Assembly: GCA_964291405.2 (NCBI GenBank) | Contig: OZ219926.1 | Coordinates: 1,024,001 to 1,088,000 of the forward strand | DNA: 64,000 nucleotides | Reading direction: 5' to 3' | From: Thermodesulfobacteriota bacterium | GTDB lineage: Bacteria; Desulfobacterota; Binatia; Bin18 | Shown: one piece after another, positions 61,901 through 64,000 of the stretch | Layout: every line of letters begins with the position of its first letter | How positions within the stretch are numbered: position 1 is the stretch's first letter | The notes under the pieces: model-generated | The model's input: only the letters and a program-made list of their open reading frames with translations | Databases searched by the model: none | What the model was told of the DNA's origin: nothing | Translations under genes and position numbers: made by a program

Positions 61901-62287
61901 CTAGGCGCTGCCCCGGCTGGCGTCGACGCTCCACATCCCTGAGCCATGCGCAGAGATAAACAAAAAGGCGAAACAGTAGACAACGGCCAACTCGCCCTGA
62001 TTCTGAAGCGGGAGGAGCGCATTCATGCCGTGGGCCATCCAATAGGCGGCTGCCATCAGGCCACTACAGATAAAGGCCGCCCAACCGGTCATCAGTCCGA
62101 TCATGACCAGGGCCCCGCCAACCAGCTCGATAGGACCCGCGACATAGAGGATAAACGCGGGTGCTTCCGGTGGCGGCAGGGGGAAGCCCAACAGCTTTTG
62201 GGTCCCGTGGAAAAGGAAGGTGAATCCCAAGACAATACGCATCAGCGCATACGTCTGTCCTCCATACGCCCCCATGAACGAAGCCAT
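61901..62287 (-). CDS. DoxX family membrane protein
   Basis: RIVLG..FLFHGTQKL, IELVGG, GSG.WSVD. Confidence 0.92.
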   Translation of the reverse strand: MASFMGAYGGQTYALMRIVLGFTFLFHGTQKLLGFPLPPPEAPAFILYVAGPIELVGGALVMIGLMTGWAAFICSGLMAAAYWMAHGMNALLPLQNQGELAVVYCFAFLFISAHGSGMWSVDASRGSA

Positions 62288-62343
62288 AGCTTCCCTCCTT
62301 TGGTCTGGAATGACTCCGTCATAGCAGTGTCAGAGACAAAACT

Positions 62344-63195
62344 TCAAGCGAACTTTTGAAGCATGGGTGCGTACGCATCCAGAAACGTCCGCACCTGCTC
62401 CCGGTCTTCGGTCGGTATGCGGACAACGGTCCGGACCGCGCCGTAGCGCTGAAAGCGCTCAAGAATGTGCGCCTTGGGCGCGTTGGTACAAAAGCAGGTG
62501 ATCGGGATGGACTGCGGGTCACGCCCAATGGACTCGGCGTACTCGCGCATTTTCGCAATCGAACCCGGCAGGTCCTCGACTGCGGCCGCAACCGGAATCC
62601 ATCCATCACACAGATCAACGACGCGTTTGAGTGCAATTTTTGAGCTCAGGCTGCCGAGCAGAATCGGCGGGTGCGGCACGGTCAATGGCTTGGGATAGGA
62701 CCAGACCCGATCAAAGTCGACAAACTCACCGTGATACGAGGCCTCGTCTTGGGTCCACAATGCCTGCATGGCCTCAACGCGTTCGGTCAGGACGGTCCAG
62801 CGACGGTCGGGCGGCGTGCCGTGATTGCGCATTTCTTCTTTATTCCAGCCCGCGCCGATGCCGAACAGAAACCGGCCCTGAGAGAGGCGATCCAGAGAGG
62901 CAATTTGCTTTGCCTGGACAATGGGATCGTGCTCGGTCACGAGAGAGATACCTGTCCCCAGCTTGAGCGTCTTGGTCACCGCGGCCGCGGCAGCCAGCCC
63001 GATAAACGGGTCGGACATGTGGATATATTCCTTGGGCAGCGCTCCGCCACCGGGAAATGGGGACTCCCGACTGGCCGGGATATGCGTATGCTCCGGCAGC
63101 CACAGCGACTCATAGCCCCGCTCCTCGCAGGCGACCGCCAGTTCATCCGCTGCCATGGTATACTCGGTGTTATAACTAAACACGCCAATATGCAT
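62344..63195 (-). CDS. LLM-class, probable F420-dependent oxidoreductase (paralog of 59241-60092)
   Basis: same length (283 aa) and colinear with the paralog. Confidence 0.9.
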   Translation of the reverse strand: MHIGVFSYNTEYTMAADELAVACEERGYESLWLPEHTHIPASRESPFPGGGALPKEYIHMSDPFIGLAAAAAVTKTLKLGTGISLVTEHDPIVQAKQIASLDRLSQGRFLFGIGAGWNKEEMRNHGTPPDRRWTVLTERVEAMQALWTQDEASYHGEFVDFDRVWSYPKPLTVPHPPILLGSLSSKIALKRVVDLCDGWIPVAAAVEDLPGSIAKMREYAESIGRDPQSIPITCFCTNAPKAHILERFQRYGAVRTVVRIPTEDREQVRTFLDAYAPMLQKFA

Positions 63196-63227
63196 ACAGA
63201 CTCCTTCGCGGTTTTCGCTCTCCCTTT

Positions 63228-64000
63228 TTAGTACTTGGCCATCACCTTTTCGGCAAAGTCGGTCATCTGCCGGACCGGGTCGTCGTCCATGACCTGAAAG
63301 GCAAAATGCGACAGGCCGGCGTCTTCGAGGGCATGAATACGCTCAATAATCTCGTCCGGCTGACCGATGATGGCCACCACGTCGGCCAGTTCCGGCACGA
63401 TAAATTCCGCCTCGTCCTCGCGCGGATAAATGATATGACCCTCGTGCAGGGTGAGATGGCGCGTTTCCGCAGGGAGTTCCGCCGCATACTTTTTGTAGCG
63501 CTCTACCCAGTCCGCCACTGCCGGAATGGGCGGCAGCAAGGCGCTACCCCACTCTACCTGGACATGCAGGAAATTCATAATGAACGGAGCGACCAGGCTC
63601 ATGATACGCGGCGTCGCGGTGGTCTCACCAGGAGAGAGGACAGCAGTAGGAAAGAAACATTTTGAGGGTACGTCACCCGGTGATTTACCGTGATTCTGGG
63701 CCGCGTCGTCGATGATGGTCCGGGCCGCCTGCAGCCCGTCTGGGTCTATGCCCCAGGTGATGTGGCCGTCCGATTCCGAGCCGCAGTAGGCCAGAGTCTT
63801 GGGACCCAGGGCGGAGATGCTGACCGTTACGGGGTCTTTGAGGTTGATATAACTGCGGTGCGGATGCAGAAAACGAACGGCGTGCTCTTCGCCCTCTTCC
63901 CGGAGCGTTCCCGTCTCACCGTTCAGCAGGGTCTGGATCAGACGCACTTCCTTTTTCATGCGCGTGAGGCTGATGGGTCGTAGACCCATCGTCAGCCGGG
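63228..64000 (-). CDS. LLM-class flavin-dependent oxidoreductase (5' end outside the window)
   Basis: SALGPKTL...G...DG and IIGQPDEIIERI..L..AG C-terminal LLM pattern; frame open to the window edge. Confidence 0.75.
   Translation of the reverse strand, partial: RLTMGLRPISLTRMKKEVRLIQTLLNGETGTLREEGEEHAVRFLHPHRSYINLKDPVTVSISALGPKTLAYCGSESDGHITWGIDPDGLQAARTIIDDAAQNHGKSPGDVPSKCFFPTAVLSPGETTATPRIMSLVAPFIMNFLHVQVEWGSALLPPIPAVADWVERYKKYAAELPAETRHLTLHEGHIIYPREDEAEFIVPELADVVAIIGQPDEIIERIHALEDAGLSHFAFQVMDDDPVRQMTDFAEKVMAKY

Overview
Bacterial chromosomal window, GC-rich. Gene content and order suggest a Deltaproteobacteria-like organism, possibly Binatia/Desulfobacterota; this is inference only. The backbone is core housekeeping: rimP-nusA-ylxR-infB-DUF503-rbfA-truB-rpsO, greA, comF-purN-rnhC, mazG, murJ/rpsT, a long minus-strand run yceD-rpmF-plsX-fabD-fabG-acpP-glyA-nrdR-ribD-ribBA-ribH-nusB-leuS-lptE, icd, tsaC, speA/aguB-aguA, ligA and pncB. 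There are also lipid/steroid-type catabolic genes (thiolase/DUF35 modules, acyl-CoA dehydrogenase, SDR, YCF48-like) and F420-type LLM oxidoreductases. Several small integrase-free accessory islets interrupt the backbone: (i) a 1.4-kb islet bounded by a 10-bp direct repeat, whose removal rebuilds a perfect hairpin, carrying an unknown 96-aa protein coupled to a trimeric-type dCTP deaminase (best candidate for an undescribed system); (ii) an islet bounded by a diverged duplicate of the lptE 3' end, with an orphan antitoxin and two MITE-like elements; (iii) a cluster of three toxin-antitoxin pairs with a duplicated antitoxin 3' end; (iv) an ABC-ATPase plus TOPRIM-like gene pair resembling anti-phage systems; (v) a REP-associated tyrosine transposase carrying its REP palindrome inside its coding sequence. 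Other oddities are a RibBA with a degenerate RibB domain and no adjacent riboflavin synthase, a HisI variant (NCEQN instead of DCDxD) in a MaoC/LLM operon, and a +1 frameshift at the end of ligA. No rRNA, tRNA or CRISPR array was recognised. All calls are from motif recognition by eye; no searches were run.
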